NCBI GenBank assembly: GCA_964019335.1
Contig: OZ025721.1
Location: 372,001-436,000, forward strand
DNA length: 64,000 bases
Reading direction: 5' to 3'
Origin: Diplonema japonicum
Taxonomy: Eukaryota > Protista > Euglenozoa: Diplonemea
The notes under the pieces: model-generated
Database searches by the model: none
What the model was told of the DNA's origin: nothing
The model's input: the letters and a program-made list of their open reading frames with translations, nothing else
Program-made: the position numbers and the translations under genes
Part shown: positions 12,854 through 25,139 of the stretch, piece after piece
How positions within the stretch are numbered: position 1 is the stretch's first letter
Layout: each line of letters starts with the position of its first letter

Positions 12854-13241
12854 ATATAACTTCACTTTTTTTTTTCTCCCCCTTTAATTTAAAAAAAAAA
12901 AAAAAAGAGGGAAAAAAAAAGATGCTAATATCTCACTGTAAGTGACGGAGGGGGGGGGGGGGGGGGGGGGGACCGGTGGAGACATAGCAAAGCGCTGTTT
13001 AAAGAAAGAAAAAAAAAGAAAAATCTAGCATGTGTGTAGTGTGTGGCGGAGGGGAAAAAAAAAAAGTAGATGAAAATGCGGATGAGAAAAAGGAAAAGGG
13101 GGTCACCCCACTTCCCTCTCTCTCCCCTTTTTTGGTTTTTACAATGCTGCTATCTGAGAAGCCAACTATCCTCAAAGTTTGTGAATAACCTTTTTTTTTT
13201 TCTCTTCGACTCTATGGAGTGCATCAGTTTTTTCTTTCTTT

Positions 13242-13601
13242 CAAGACCTGCTCACGGAGAAGGCCGCAAGGATGCGATACATCTTGGGTCGCATCCAGAA
13301 ATGCTCAGCACGCTGTGGAAGGTCAGCCTTCCCCGCCAACGCCAAATCAAGGGTGCATACCCTTCGACATCTTGGGGGCCCGACGGCACACGGCTACGAC
13401 AGGAGACCACTCTTCTCCTCGAGCCAAACCCCCCCCCTACCTAGCACGACTCCAAGCAATGTTTCTCGCCCAGATGCCGTCCATCTCATCGCGACAAACA
13501 GCCACCGCAGGCACCAGACAGCAACCGCAGAACGGTGACCGATTAGTGTGCATTTCTACCTGAACAGTGAGCACCCCCATGCACACTGAAATTTTATCGA
13601 G
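13242..13601 (+). mobile_element. 5'-truncated relic of a second LINE family
   Basis: Translation GRSAFPANAKSRVHTLRHLGGPTAHGYDRRPLFSS aligns with the full LINE ORF2 C-terminus GRRAFPAEPCKRVHTLRSIGGTKAAIGWSRRAIFAS. Flanked by TTTCTTT direct repeats (13235-13241, 13602-13608). Confidence 0.8.
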
Positions 13602-13622
13602 TTTCTTTTTTTTTAAAGCGAT

Positions 13623-13731
13623 TACTGTAAACCTAAATGGTATCTGTTTTAGGGGCAAAAAAGGTCCCCCCCCCCCCCTACTGGAAGTGTTCTCACTCTC
13701 GGGAATTTTAGTTTACAGAGGTTTAACAGTA
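13623..13731. mobile_element. Possible small MITE (TA-flanked, Tc1/pogo-like ends)
   Basis: TA-CTGTAAACCT ... AGGTTTAACAG-TA imperfect inverted ends. Confidence 0.35.
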
Positions 13732-14003
13732 GTGGGCCCTTAGTGCGACAAAAAAAAACAAAAAAAAGTTCTTTTTTTTATGAATCTTTCCCACCCCCCT
13801 CTCTCTTTTCACCCACATTTTTTCCCCCTTATGTACTGTATTCTTTCCGCCGCCCCCTCTTCTACCATCACCCTCCTTCCCCATTCCATCCCTCTTTTTT
13901 TTTTTCTTTCTTTCTGGAGATGTTTATATTTATCGTTGTTTTCTCATTACAACTGAAACGGGGGGGGGGAATATTTTTACCCTTATACAGTGGAAAAAGT
14001 GGT

Positions 14004-14034
<31 letters not shown>

Positions 14035-14035
<1 letters not shown>

Positions 14036-14478
14036 TGAATCAGCACAAGGAAGACGCTTTGCAGGCAAGGCAGTTTTTGGCATCAGCAGCGTTCGTGCTG
14101 GGAAGCTTTTGGGTTCAATTCATGAACAGTGAATTTCAAAGAAAGGTGTTTGTTGTTGGGTTGATTCTACACTTTGTGTCGGTGCTGGCGGTAGCTCCTT
14201 CTACAGTCTTTGTCATCTCTAAGATGGCTACGTACCACTTCGGCGCCACAAGCCACCAGAGAAGATCAGCCAGGTCTGACATCATCCCATACCTCTTCTT
14301 GGTCATTTTTTGTACACTCTTGCAGACCCTTGCAGTCTACCTTCTTCGGGGATCCTACTCCTTCTTAACGTGTGCAAACCTGCTCTTCACATTAACCATC
14401 ACCGGCATGGAGCCGTCGGTGTTCTCAAGTATCAAGAAAAACATGAATTTCAGAACGACTGACACCTGGGCCGCGTGA
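14035..14478 (+). CDS. Small multi-pass membrane protein of unknown function
   Basis: 147-aa ORF with about four hydrophobic segments, set between homopolymer spacers. Confidence 0.65.
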
Positions 14479-14857
14479 TATTAGGGGAGAAGAGAAAGAA
14501 AAAAAAAAAGAGGGGGGGGAAGGGGAGGAGGGGGTCGTGGTTCCTTATCCCTCTAGCGGGGGGGGGCTTGTCCTGTACTTTGAGTTTCTTTTCTCACCCC
14601 TGTAAATTTCTATTTACCACACGGAAAAAGGGTGTGTAGGGAAAACAAAAAAAAAAAAAAAAAAAAGAATAACTACTAATAATAATAAAATAAGAGGGAG
14701 GGAGGGAGGGAGGGAGGGAGGTGAAGTAACACAAGAATAACGAGAAAAAGAAAGTGTGTGTATTTTTTTTTTAAAATGTTTTTTCTTTTTTTTTTTTTTT
14801 TTTTTTACTCTCCTATCAAGCACTAGTTTATATTCAAAAAAAAAAAAGGTGCCCCTT

Positions 14858-15772
14858 ATGCCCTTCCTCCAAGTAACAGGGAGCAGGGACTGGGTGAAAC
14901 AAGATGTCACCTGGCAGGTAGACTGGAGAAGGCCGTTGGGCATGGAGACGCAATTGTCCCACCTCAAGAGGCTGCTATGCATCGACTACGAGATGGGGGC
15001 CGGCTTCGAGGGCTACGGGCTGTACAGCGGGGGGGTAAAACTCGACTTCACAAAGACCCCAGGGGACCTCGGCCTCACGAAAAGCGGCTTGATAAATGTG
15101 CGTAGGGAAACAGCACCACACCCTAGAAGCCCATCGCCAGTTCCACTAAGAGGATTTTCTGAAGAATCGGTCGAGACGGAAGGGTTGAAGGGAAACAATA
15201 TAGTTTTCATTCCAGAGTGGCACTCTAAAGCGGATAAACAGCTTTGTGAAACCTCGGGGCGGATCCCCGACTGGAGGGACAGGCTGCGCAAGAAAAAAGA
15301 TAGAACAGTTGGGTTCGAATTCCCGCAGAGTGCAAAGGTATCGACAACAACTATCGAGTTCAGTAGCTTGCGGTCTCGTGGTGGTTCTGCTTTCGGGGAG
15401 TTTGCTGCAGAGTTTAATACCAGCAGGACAAGCCGTCCTTCACCGATAGACGTAAGAAACCTGCGCCTCAGCCAAGACGGGCAGATGCCCTCTTCTGCCT
15501 CAAATAATTACCTCCTTCCCAAATATATCCCTCCCGACCACACGGGACCTATTTCCATTGACCACGTTCCCGGGTTCCAGATCGGTGACACTGCGGAGGC
15601 CGTCGCCGTGGAGGGCCGTCCCTACCTCAGCGGGCTGCGGGGGACTGTTTCCGGGTGCGAGCTTATCAGAGGCATTCTTCACGTAGCATGCACGTTCCCA
15701 CCCCCCCACGGGGTGGTCCCCTTGCAGGTCACTAATCTTCGAAACTTGGCCGACATAACACACGGCCACTGA
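14858..15772 (+). CDS. Hypothetical protein, possible N-terminal ubiquitin-like fold
   Basis: Homopolymer-free ORF. LYSGGVKLDFTKTPGDLGLTKSGLINV resembles a Ubl/SUMO C-terminal strand. Confidence 0.65.
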   Translation: MPFLQVTGSRDWVKQDVTWQVDWRRPLGMETQLSHLKRLLCIDYEMGAGFEGYGLYSGGVKLDFTKTPGDLGLTKSGLINVRRETAPHPRSPSPVPLRGFSEESVETEGLKGNNIVFIPEWHSKADKQLCETSGRIPDWRDRLRKKKDRTVGFEFPQSAKVSTTTIEFSSLRSRGGSAFGEFAAEFNTSRTSRPSPIDVRNLRLSQDGQMPSSASNNYLLPKYIPPDHTGPISIDHVPGFQIGDTAEAVAVEGRPYLSGLRGTVSGCELIRGILHVACTFPPPHGVVPLQVTNLRNLADITHGH

Positions 15773-16004
15773 TCGCGAAAAAGGGGGGGGGGGGGGTGGT
15801 TTTTTTTTTGTTGCAAAGCTTTAAAGTTTGCGTTGTCGTGTTCTATTTTTTTTTTTTCTCTCTCTAAACGCGGTTTTCTAAAAAAAAAAAAAAAAAAAAA
15901 ACCCCAAAAAAAACAGGAGGTCGGGGAGGGAGAGAGGGTGGGACACACATTAAAAAAAAAAAAAAAAAAGAAAAAAGAGGGGAAAAAAAAGGGGGAAAAA
16001 AAAA

Positions 16005-16099
16005 ATGGAAAATGAAAATTATATATGGCAGGACAGGGAGATCCGATTCGATGTGGGCCCTTCGTATGCACTGCCACCCCCACTCACTCTTTAAAAAAG

Positions 16100-16148
<49 letters not shown>

Positions 16149-17445
16149 ACCCCACAGAGAATTTGAAATGCGAAAATCGGAGACAAAAATAGACATAATC
16201 GACTCGATCGAGGACACGAAGGGGAACAACGGGGAGAAGGGGCAGCTCACGGTCACCAACCTGAGGCTGATCTGGTGCTGCTCGAAGAATCTGAAAATAA
16301 ATTTGAGCATCGGGTACAACTGCATCATTAGCATCACTATCCACACCGCGAACTCGAGGATCAGGGGTCCCACACAGGCGTTGTACGTATTGACAAAATT
16401 TAACAGCTCACGGTTCGAGTTCATTTTCACAAACTTGGTGAAAGGCAGCCCGAGACACTTCACCACCGTTCAGGCAGTTCACCGAGCGTACGAAACCAGT
16501 AAATTATACAGGGATTTAAAGCTTCGGGGTGCCATCATCCGTGACAAGGAGCTTCTCCTTTTACCGCAAGAGGACATTGTCACCAAAACCTCAGGTGTCT
16601 GGAACCTCTCATCCGACCAAGGCAATCTAGGAACATTTTACATCAGCAACGTCCGTGTGGTTTGGTACGCGAATCTCGCAGAAAACTTCAACGTTTCAAT
16701 ACCGTATTTGCAGATCAAAAGTGTTCGAATCCGTGATTCAAAATTCGGCCCTGCTTTCGTCATCGAGACCACGCACCAGTCCGGCGCGTACGTCCTTGGC
16801 TTCAGGGTCGATCCCCCTGAAAGATTACAAGAAATTTACAAGGAGGTTGCCTCTCTCCACAAGGTATACTCTACGAACCCAATTTTCGGTGTAGAGTACA
16901 AAACCGAGGAGCCTGCCGTCCCCCTGAGTGAGATCACTGAACCCCAGCACCAAGACGATGTTGAAATTGTGGATGAGGAAGCCACGGATGCGTTTGCTGC
17001 GTACTATGCCGACGGGGGTATGAAGAATGCTGATCGGAGACCTGTGTTTGAGCCATGTATGGAAAGAAGGGGGGGAAAAAAAGAATTCTTTTATGGCTAT
17101 ATGTCTTTGTTGGTGAGTCGTCGGCGCTTTCGTTGGTCGCGTAAGATTTTGTCCGAATCAGCGGAAGACTGGGCGTCTGCGCCTTCCATTACGATTCCCT
17201 GGAAGTTGACCCTCCCCCGGTATATATTCTCCACCCGGTCCCTTGTCGGGGGGGGGGGGGGGGGGGGAGCAACTCGGAGATAGCCTTCTGAACGGCCTGC
17301 GATAAATATTTGTAACAAAAATAAAAAATTAAAAAAAAAAAAGAAAAAGAAACACACACACTTTACAGCGCTTGGTCTTTCTGTTGAGAAGCTCCGTGAT
17401 GGTGTCACGATGGAATCCTTGTGGAACTGTATTTCGTTTCAGTGA
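16005..17445 (+). CDS. BBS5: BBSome subunit BBS5 (3 exons; introns 16064-16157, 17057-17368)
   Basis: [44 protein letters not shown]. Spliced C-terminus [19 protein letters not shown] matches the BBS5 end. Confidence 0.95.
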
Positions 17446-17867
17446 GATGGGGGGTGGGGGGGGGGGGGGAAAGGGAAGTGTGAAAGGGTAGGGTCACAGT
17501 TTTAATTACGTAGGTACCATTTTGTTTTTTCCCCCCCGGTTAACTATCTTTTTTTTTCTTTTTTTTTTTAAACCCGTTGAAAAAACGCAAAAAAAAAAAT
17601 ATAACAAAATATAGAAATAGAGAAGAAAAAAAAAGAGTGGGAAGAAAAAAAAAGACCCCCCCCCATTATTTTCTTTTCCCCTTCCTCACTCAAAAGAAAA
17701 TCCACACTTCTGACATAACACCCACCAAAAAAAAAAAACATCCCCTATCGGTTTAATATTTTTTTTCATGTTCATTTTTTTTTTCTTCCCCCCCAAAAAA
17801 AAATAAAATAAAACAAACGCGAGGAGGGGGAGCGGGGGAGGGGAGAACAAAAAAAAAAAAAAAGAAA

Positions 17868-19188
17868 ATGCCAGGTCCGGATATCGCATATGACAGAGTC
17901 CCTGTAGCATCCTCCCCGGTGTCGAGCATAGATGAATGGCGCCACTACTGGGCAGTTGAGTGGCCTGTGTACGACTATTCCCCATTGAGCACAATCCGGA
18001 GAGATGCCATGTCCTGGCTGAAACACAAGTACAGCGACATGACAAAATACCTGCAAGAGAAAGAGGACATAATAACAGAAACGTATATTGAAGATGTGGA
18101 TTCGGTTTTAAGCGGGATGTACACCGTGGAGGGGAAAAACACAAGCGGGAAGGAAAAAGAAATGCTCGTCCTTCCAAGATTCCTGACCAAGGAACAAATG
18201 CGTGATTTTACCGACGCAAGCGACCACTCTGAAATAGGTTTTGGGACCGACTTCGTCCACGAATCCGCGTTCGGTTCGTTAAAAATGAACCTGAAAGGGA
18301 AGCAAGAGCACCAAGGAGATCTTTTCGAAATAATCACAAGATCGTTTCTGTGGAGGCGGCTGAGAGAAGAGCAACGTGACTCGGCAACAGCCTGCATGGT
18401 ATTGATGGGTCTATCATTATTGTCGTTAATTTTCGGAGCGGCGATCATCGGACTCGCAACAGAGGAGCTCAACGGTGGGAAGGAAACCATTTTGGTATCG
18501 GGTTTTCTATCTGGTTCTGTAATGGTAACATGTTCCATAATCGGATTTGTGGGTGCGTTGTCGGTCGACGAACTTTGGATCAGATGGCACATGACCAGCG
18601 CTTTTTTTACAATGACCGTTCTCACCACCTTGGTCTACCTACAGTTCAACCATATTCTTGAGAACGAAGAGGGTTGTTCCCCATCAACTTCCGACCATAC
18701 CTCTGCGGGTGGGGCGGTGGGTGGGGACTGTGAAGCTAAGCGTACAGAGGTGTCTGCGTTCTTGATAATATCCGCCATATCAATTCTGAACTCGTTTTTT
18801 ATTACGTACACGGCCTCCGTGCTGTTAGACGCTATCAACGACAGCACAAAGCTCACGGACAGCATGCTGTTGTTTAGGTATTTTCACTACCGTTCGCTTG
18901 GTATGGATGGGGGGGGGAGAAACGAAAAAAAAAAAAAAAAAAAAAAAAAAAGGAATCCAAACCAAGCTCGACACCGACTACGGTCTGCGAAAATTCGGGG
19001 AGGATTCACAGCTTCAGACTTTCAATGATATTTCGCCCGCGTACGCCGCGGCTCGCGGCATGCATAAAGAAGGTTTGATTTTTTTTTTTTTTTTTAAAAA
19101 AATTTTTCTCCTTTTTTTTACAATCACAGATACGAAATTATCAGGTGTTGAGACTGACGAGAATACAACTCCTATAATAGGGCACTGA
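17868..19188 (+). CDS. Four-TM (tetraspan-like) membrane protein, paralogue A (introns 18901-18952, 19073-19129)
   Basis: Four hydrophobic helices with a Cys-bounded loop. Homologous to the next gene (DLFEIITRSFLWRRL vs DLYQILTWKWLKKRL). Confidence 0.8.
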
Positions 19189-19622
19189 TTCTGCCACCAC
19201 CCCCCCCCCAAAAAAAAGATTCTCTTTTTTTTGACCCCCCCCCATCCTGTAGAAAAAACTGCACAAGCAAACTCAATATATTTACATACACAGGGGATCC
19301 GATCCCCCCCCCCCTTTCATCATGAATTTCTTTCCCACTTCTTCTTTCTTCGACTAGGGGATGGAAATAATACAAGAGGTCAAAGAAAAAAAAAAAAAAA
19401 AGGCATCCTCGAACGGCTCCGAGAACAGTTTTTCAATTTTTATATGAAAAGAAAAAAAGAGTGATAAACATCTGGGAGTCATTATCGATTGTAATAACAG
19501 ACATTTTTTTTTTGTACATACGGGGAAAAAAAGAAGAAAAAACGTAGTGAAGAAACGATATATTTTTTTTTTTTGTTTCTGCTATTTTTGTTTTGTTTTT
19601 TTCCACATTACCAGCCAGGGAG

Positions 19623-19656
<34 letters not shown>

Positions 19657-20784
19657 ATGACGCTTGCAACGGAAGACCCAAAAACAAGACCGGACGCTGA
19701 GGAGCCGATAGAGGAGGAGGAAGAGGACGACGACGGCGATATTGAGTATGATGAAGAGGATGAACTCACAGAGGTGGGACGGCAAAAAAAGGCCCCACGG
19801 GGAACCTTCAGGGGATTCTTTGTGTCAATGTTAACCCTTTTCACCTCCCGCTCCTTCCCCCTTAACGAATACACCTGGTACGAACACACGCTACTGATGG
19901 TCCGCCGGACAAAAATCATGAAAATGCTCGCACGAAAAGGTGAGGAAGAAGACGTCCTTTCCCTAATGTATGTGCGCACCATAAGAGAAATGGAGCGTAC
20001 GGGGCCAGGGCCGTATCGAACGGATAAACCTGTTCCTTTGAACCAAACCCTGATGGGGAATGCGGAGACGCAACATCCTTTATGTGGCGAGACACGCGAC
20101 CTGTACCAGATTTTGACCTGGAAATGGCTCAAGAAGCGGCTTGAAATTGAAGAATCGGATATTCGAAAAGGGTCAGTGGCGGCTACGTACATTGCAGTCC
20201 TGCAAATTATGTTATCTATAGCCCTCGTGGTTCTTGGGACGTTGGAGTTTCACAGTGTGAAGTATGTGTTTGTTATTATGTCAATTGTTATTGGTGTATT
20301 TGGGATGATATCTGGGTTGGTGCGTATTTTTACGTCGTCGGAGGTGAATACGAGGCGGTTTTTATCGCTGCAGTTGTGGCTGCTTTGTTTGCTATCGACG
20401 TACCTGCACACGGCCGCCGAGGAGGTCCTTGGGAACAATAAGGTCTGTACCCCATCGGAGTCCGACCTCTCCAGCTCTGGTACGGCTTGTTCCGATGTGC
20501 AGTCCGTTCTGATCGCCTCGTTGATAATTTGTTGCGTGGGGCTTGTTTCCACGGTATGGGGGGAAAAAAAAAAAAAAAAAAAAGTTTTTCACGATTTTCC
20601 TCACGCTCGACATGCTGGACGGGCAGAGTGATCGGGAGAGCATAGAGAACGAAATTTTGATGTTTAAGTTTTTCCAAAGAAAAATTGACGGTATGTGGGG
20701 GGGGGGGGGGGGGGGAGAGAAGAAAAAAGAAAAAAATTTTTTTTTGCAGAAATGGAGCTACAGCTTGGAATGAACAAACAGTAG
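19657..20784 (+). CDS. Four-TM (tetraspan-like) membrane protein, paralogue B (introns 20554-20584, 20691-20749)
   Basis: Spliced C-terminus STFFTIFLTLDMLDGQSD..LMFKFF aligns with paralogue A. One phase-1 intron position is shared. Confidence 0.8.
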
Positions 20785-20860
20785 ATTTTTTTTTTTTTAG
20801 CTTCCTCCTCCCTTTCCTTTTTTTTTTTTTTTTTTTTTTCCAAAAAAAAAAAAAAAAAAA

Positions 20861-21278
20861 GAGAAAACTTCTAACTTGACCCCTAAGTTCGAGAAATGCT
20901 CAAAATCCACCCCCTTAGTTTGAGAAATGTTCAAGGTCTATCTTTAAGGAGGAAAAAGTTTCTGATCCGGTCCCCAAGGTTTCTTAAATCTCTGTGTAGT
21001 ACCCCAAATCTTCAAAAAAACTCGTACTCGACCCCTAAGTTTTAAAATGCGTGAATTCAGTCCCCCTAGTTTCATAAATGCTCAAAGTAGACCCCCTTGG
21101 TTTCAAAATGTTCAAATCCGGACCCCTTAGTTTCGGAAATACACAACCTGGGCCCCCTAGGTTTCGAAAATGCCCAACCTGGGCCCCCGATGTTTCATAA
21201 ATGCTCAACAACATTTTTTCACCCCAACATTTCCTACAGCTCTTTTCCCCATCATTATATCACAAAAACCAATCCTGG

Positions 21279-21330
<52 letters not shown>

Positions 21331-22277
21331 GTTTGATGAAGAAGTGGCAGAGTACCTGAGAGCCATTGACCCCACCAAATGGGCTGACTTGCACTTCCCC
21401 ACCTGCTGTTTTGGAGTTTACACCGACGGGAAGCACCAAGTCGACCTCAGAGGGACGTTCATCGTTGACGCTAAAGCAGAGCTGCTCTTGCCCTCTCTTC
21501 AGGAGAGAAGGGCTTCCTTGCACGCATCTCTGTACAGCCTGCTCAAAAGAGAGCATCGATGTCCTTGGCATGGTTGCCCCATTTTTTCGATGTGGCTTTC
21601 GTCGGCTTGCATACGCGTATCCTCCTCGCTCCAGCCAAAATACCTGGGCCGAAGACGGCACTTTACCGCCCATTTTCAAGAAAGGTGTAGGGAGGAAAAA
21701 GAAGAGGATCCCCAGCAAGAGCGAAAGGAAGAATGCCTGCAGTCGTTGCGGTGTTCTTGGCCACAAGATTTCGACGTGCAGCAACTCTCCTGATTCTCCA
21801 AGAAGAAGCAAAGGTTTTCTTTTAAATGCTGTAATCTTTTACACAGGAAGACACCTTCGACGCAGCCCTCTAAGAAGTAGCCTTGGTTACCCAGGCTGTC
21901 TTTTTTCTTTTCCTTTCAAGTTGCCTATTGTTAAGGAAGATGCATGCGCACAACCTTGTTGAGCATTAATGAAACATGGGGGACCCAATCGGGTTATTCA
22001 TGAAACTAAGGGGGTTTTTTTGAGCATTTTGAAAATTAAGGGGTTGACTTTGAGCGGTTTCCCCCGTAGGGGCCTAGTTAGGGGCATTTGAAAACCTGAG
22101 GGGGCGGACTTTGAACACTTTGGAAACTTAGGGGGCGGGATTTGAGCGTTTTGAAGACTTAGGGGGTGGACTTTGAGCATTTCGGAAACCTAGGGGGTGG
22201 ACTTTGAGCATTTTGGAAATCTAGGGGGCGGAATTTGAGCGTTTCAGAAACTTAGGGGTCGAGTTAGGACTCTACCC
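20861..22277 (+). mobile_element. Internally deleted Mutator-like (MULE) transposon with long TIRs made of ~31-bp tandem units
   Basis: Inverted arrays of CCCCCTAGTTTCGAAAATGCTCAAAGTCCA-like units at both ends. Internal remnants: AEYLRAIDPTKWADLHF, SWIM finger CSC..GLPCTHL, and CCHC knuckle CSRCGVLGHKISTC. A-rich 9-bp flanks. Confidence 0.85.
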
Positions 22278-22712
22278 AAAAGAAAATTACGAAAGGAAAA
22301 AAAAAAAGAAAAGAAAAGAAAAAAAAAAAAACCCATCCGTCAATAGCCCCCTTCCCGTTTTTTCCAAGAAAATCTCCCTTTTTTTTAAAAGCCGGCCAAT
22401 CTGGGTGGGAAGCCGGCAAACCGCTGCTGAACGGAGATTGTGTGGAATGAGAACAACGCCTTTATATTTGTATTTTTTTTTTCTTCTTCTCTCTCTCCAC
22501 CTAACGAAGTGGAGACAATACACACTTATCACATATTTTTTTTTGTGTGAGGAAGGGGAGGGGGAGCGAAATAAAAAAAAAAAAAGGAACATGAAAATAT
22601 GGTCGTTACTGTAAGATAGCAAAAAGATATTACATACATATTCATACTTCTTCCCCCCCCCCTTTTCAAAAAAAAAAAAAAAAAAAAACCAGGATTCAAA
22701 AAAAAAAAAAAA

Positions 22713-23873
22713 ATGTCCAAGCCGATCAGAAAAATTCTAAACAGCCTGGATCCGATCAGGCAAACAGCGCTGGAAGATTTAAGTAAAAAAGTGTTTTCGA
22801 GGAGGTCTGAACCCAGACGGCTAATCAGCTCGGACAGCATAGTAGACCTCCTGGGGAACAACAAACGCATGAAACCGGAAGTCATGATATGTGGCGAGTC
22901 CAGCTCCGGTAAATCAAGCCTGCTCCAAGCCGTCCTGAACATCCCCGCAAACCACAAAAAACTGGGCCTGAAACGGTCGAGCCGAGGCGGTGAGACGAAA
23001 TATCTGACGAAATACGGTATATCAAACGTGTTCAATATCGTCGATACCCCAGGCTACGGGTACGTACAATGGAGAAAAGGCAAGGCTGCCAAATATCTCG
23101 CATCACAAAATGAAGCACTGATGCACCAATATATATCACTAGCGGCAAGTTCAATTCTCCATCGGGTGTACATTCTGTCACCAGTAATGGCAGGCCGTCT
23201 AGCCCCTCAAGACGGAAAGCTCCTTTCTGTATGCCATGAGTATGGTATTCCGACCACCATCGTCCTATCTAAGTGTGACGCTGTCCGCCCCACAGAGGTC
23301 GCCACCACCATTCTAACCATTAAGGACCAGACCCCTCCTGGTGTAGACATCGTGCCCTTCTCCGTGACAAATCCCGGGTCAATCGATTCTGTTAAAATGG
23401 ATTTTTTGCATTCTGTGACGAAATGGCTTCCGGTTAAGGACCTCGAGGACCTTTCATTGCTTCAAAATCTGACGTATGGCGGTGCTGAAATCGACCCAGA
23501 CACCCTTGTAAGGCAAGGTTTAAAGCACCGTAGAAACCTCACCATGCACGAGGAGAACGTTCTGTCCCGCCGCGCGCAAGGGATCGACGTGTCTGACAAG
23601 GACTGGCGTTACGTCGTTCGCCAGAAAAACTACGACGGGATCTACAAGGAGGAGCTTGGGAAGAACAGGCTGGCAAAGGTCCGGGCTGAGCTTCCGGACC
23701 TAACCGGGCTCATCCAAAAACCCCAGTTTACAAACGCAGCGAGGCACATGCAGGGCTCGAACCCGAACACAAAAGGACACCGAAGCAGACAGAATAAAAC
23801 GGAACAGAGAATCGACATGTCCCACTCATCCTTCACAGACAACAAAACCGAGAGCCACCGGAACTCGAGGTAG
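22713..23873 (+). CDS. EngB/YsxC-family GTPase (probably organellar ribosome biogenesis)
   Basis: G1 GESSSGKSS, G3 DTPGYG, G4 SKCD. Confidence 0.85.
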   Translation: MSKPIRKILNSLDPIRQTALEDLSKKVFSRRSEPRRLISSDSIVDLLGNNKRMKPEVMICGESSSGKSSLLQAVLNIPANHKKLGLKRSSRGGETKYLTKYGISNVFNIVDTPGYGYVQWRKGKAAKYLASQNEALMHQYISLAASSILHRVYILSPVMAGRLAPQDGKLLSVCHEYGIPTTIVLSKCDAVRPTEVATTILTIKDQTPPGVDIVPFSVTNPGSIDSVKMDFLHSVTKWLPVKDLEDLSLLQNLTYGGAEIDPDTLVRQGLKHRRNLTMHEENVLSRRAQGIDVSDKDWRYVVRQKNYDGIYKEELGKNRLAKVRAELPDLTGLIQKPQFTNAARHMQGSNPNTKGHRSRQNKTEQRIDMSHSSFTDNKTESHRNSR

Positions 23874-23896
23874 AAGGGGAAAAAAAAAAAAAAATG

Positions 23897-23936
<40 letters not shown>

Positions 23937-23941
23937 TACCC

Positions 23942-24342
23942 CATAGTATCCAGGGTTAACCGATCACCTTCGGGTTTTAAAACCCGACCCGAGCAATTTT
24001 AGATTTTCGATCACTGTCGGGTTAATGATGGGTTTTTTTTGTAATTTCGGATCGGTTTGATCGGTCCAAAACCCATATTTCTGGCAAAAAATACCAAGGC
24101 CATGCTCAGTTTTTTTTTTTTCAGAAACCCTACTTTGACGATCTGAGCCCATTCCAGCTATCAAAACCCAAAATAGCCTTATTTAAGGCTTTAAATGCAG
24201 TTTTGGAAAAACTGGTTTTCAGCAAACCCGCAAATATAAGGGTTTTAAGCATGGTTGCATGCTCGCCTTTCATTTGACGTCAATTTAAAACCCCGATTGT
24301 AATTAAAAACCCGCGGGTGATCGGTTAACCCTGGATACTATG
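23942..24342. mobile_element. 401-bp MITE with 27-bp perfect TIRs
   Basis: CATAGTATCCAGGGTTAACCGATCACC inverted at both ends. ATACCC direct repeat at 23936-23941 and 24343-24348. Confidence 0.9.
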
Positions 24343-24410
24343 ATACCCCACTCAAAATAATTTAAAAAAAAAAAAAAAAAAAAAAAAGGAGGGTAGAAAA
24401 AAAACTGAAA

Positions 24411-25139
24411 ATGACGACTGTAGTAACCGGGGCGTCGAGGGGGATCGGGCGTGCTGTGGCAGAACACCTCTCTGGAAAAGGGCACTTTGTGGTGTGCTGT
24501 GCAAGGGACAAGGAGGTAGCGGATGAGGTTGCAAGGGGTCTCCCAGGGAAAGGGGTGGGTGTGCGGCTCCCGGAGCTAGCAGACCTGACCCCGGAGGACG
24601 CGACCGAGTTCGCCAACGAAGTCACAAAAATGGGCGGCGGGTGCGTGCGGAATATAGTCCACGCTGCAGGGATGTCACAGTCAAAGCTACTCTTGAGAAC
24701 CTCTCTGGAGGAGATGGACACCATCATGAGAGTCAACACCATCTCCCCTATGCTGCTGACAAAAGCATTCCTCGCACGCTCGGGCCTCTTGAAGAATGCA
24801 TCGTCTTCAGTAACATTTATTGGAAGCGTAGTTGGTTCCGATGGCAACCACGGGCAGATTCCCTATTCAGCATCGAAGTCAGCCTTAACAGGCCTCTCGC
24901 ACTCTCTCGCAAAGGAATATGGTGTCAAGGGCCTCCGCAGCAATGTGATCAGCCCCGGGTTCATCAATACAAATATGACGGCAGCGGTCACGCCTGAGCA
25001 GAAGGAGATGCTGTTGAAACAAACCGCTCTGGGCCGCTTTGGGGACCCGTTCGAGGTGGCGGAGGTGGTTGGGTTTGCGATTTCTTGCAGCTTCCTAACA
25101 GGGCAGGTCATATCCGTGGACGGTGGGCTGGCACTTTAA
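24411..25139 (+). CDS. Short-chain dehydrogenase, FabG/CBR4-like 3-oxoacyl-ACP reductase
   Basis: TGASRGIG, GNHGQIPYSASK (YxxxK), PGFINTNMT, FLTGQVISVDGGL. Confidence 0.9.
   Translation: MTTVVTGASRGIGRAVAEHLSGKGHFVVCCARDKEVADEVARGLPGKGVGVRLPELADLTPEDATEFANEVTKMGGGCVRNIVHAAGMSQSKLLLRTSLEEMDTIMRVNTISPMLLTKAFLARSGLLKNASSSVTFIGSVVGSDGNHGQIPYSASKSALTGLSHSLAKEYGVKGLRSNVISPGFINTNMTAAVTPEQKEMLLKQTALGRFGDPFEVAEVVGFAISCSFLTGQVISVDGGLAL

Noticed and set aside
20880-22262. ~31-bp repeat arrays as CRISPR or telomeric repeats
   Set aside because: No unique spacers. The arrays are inverted around transposase remnants, so they are MULE TIRs.
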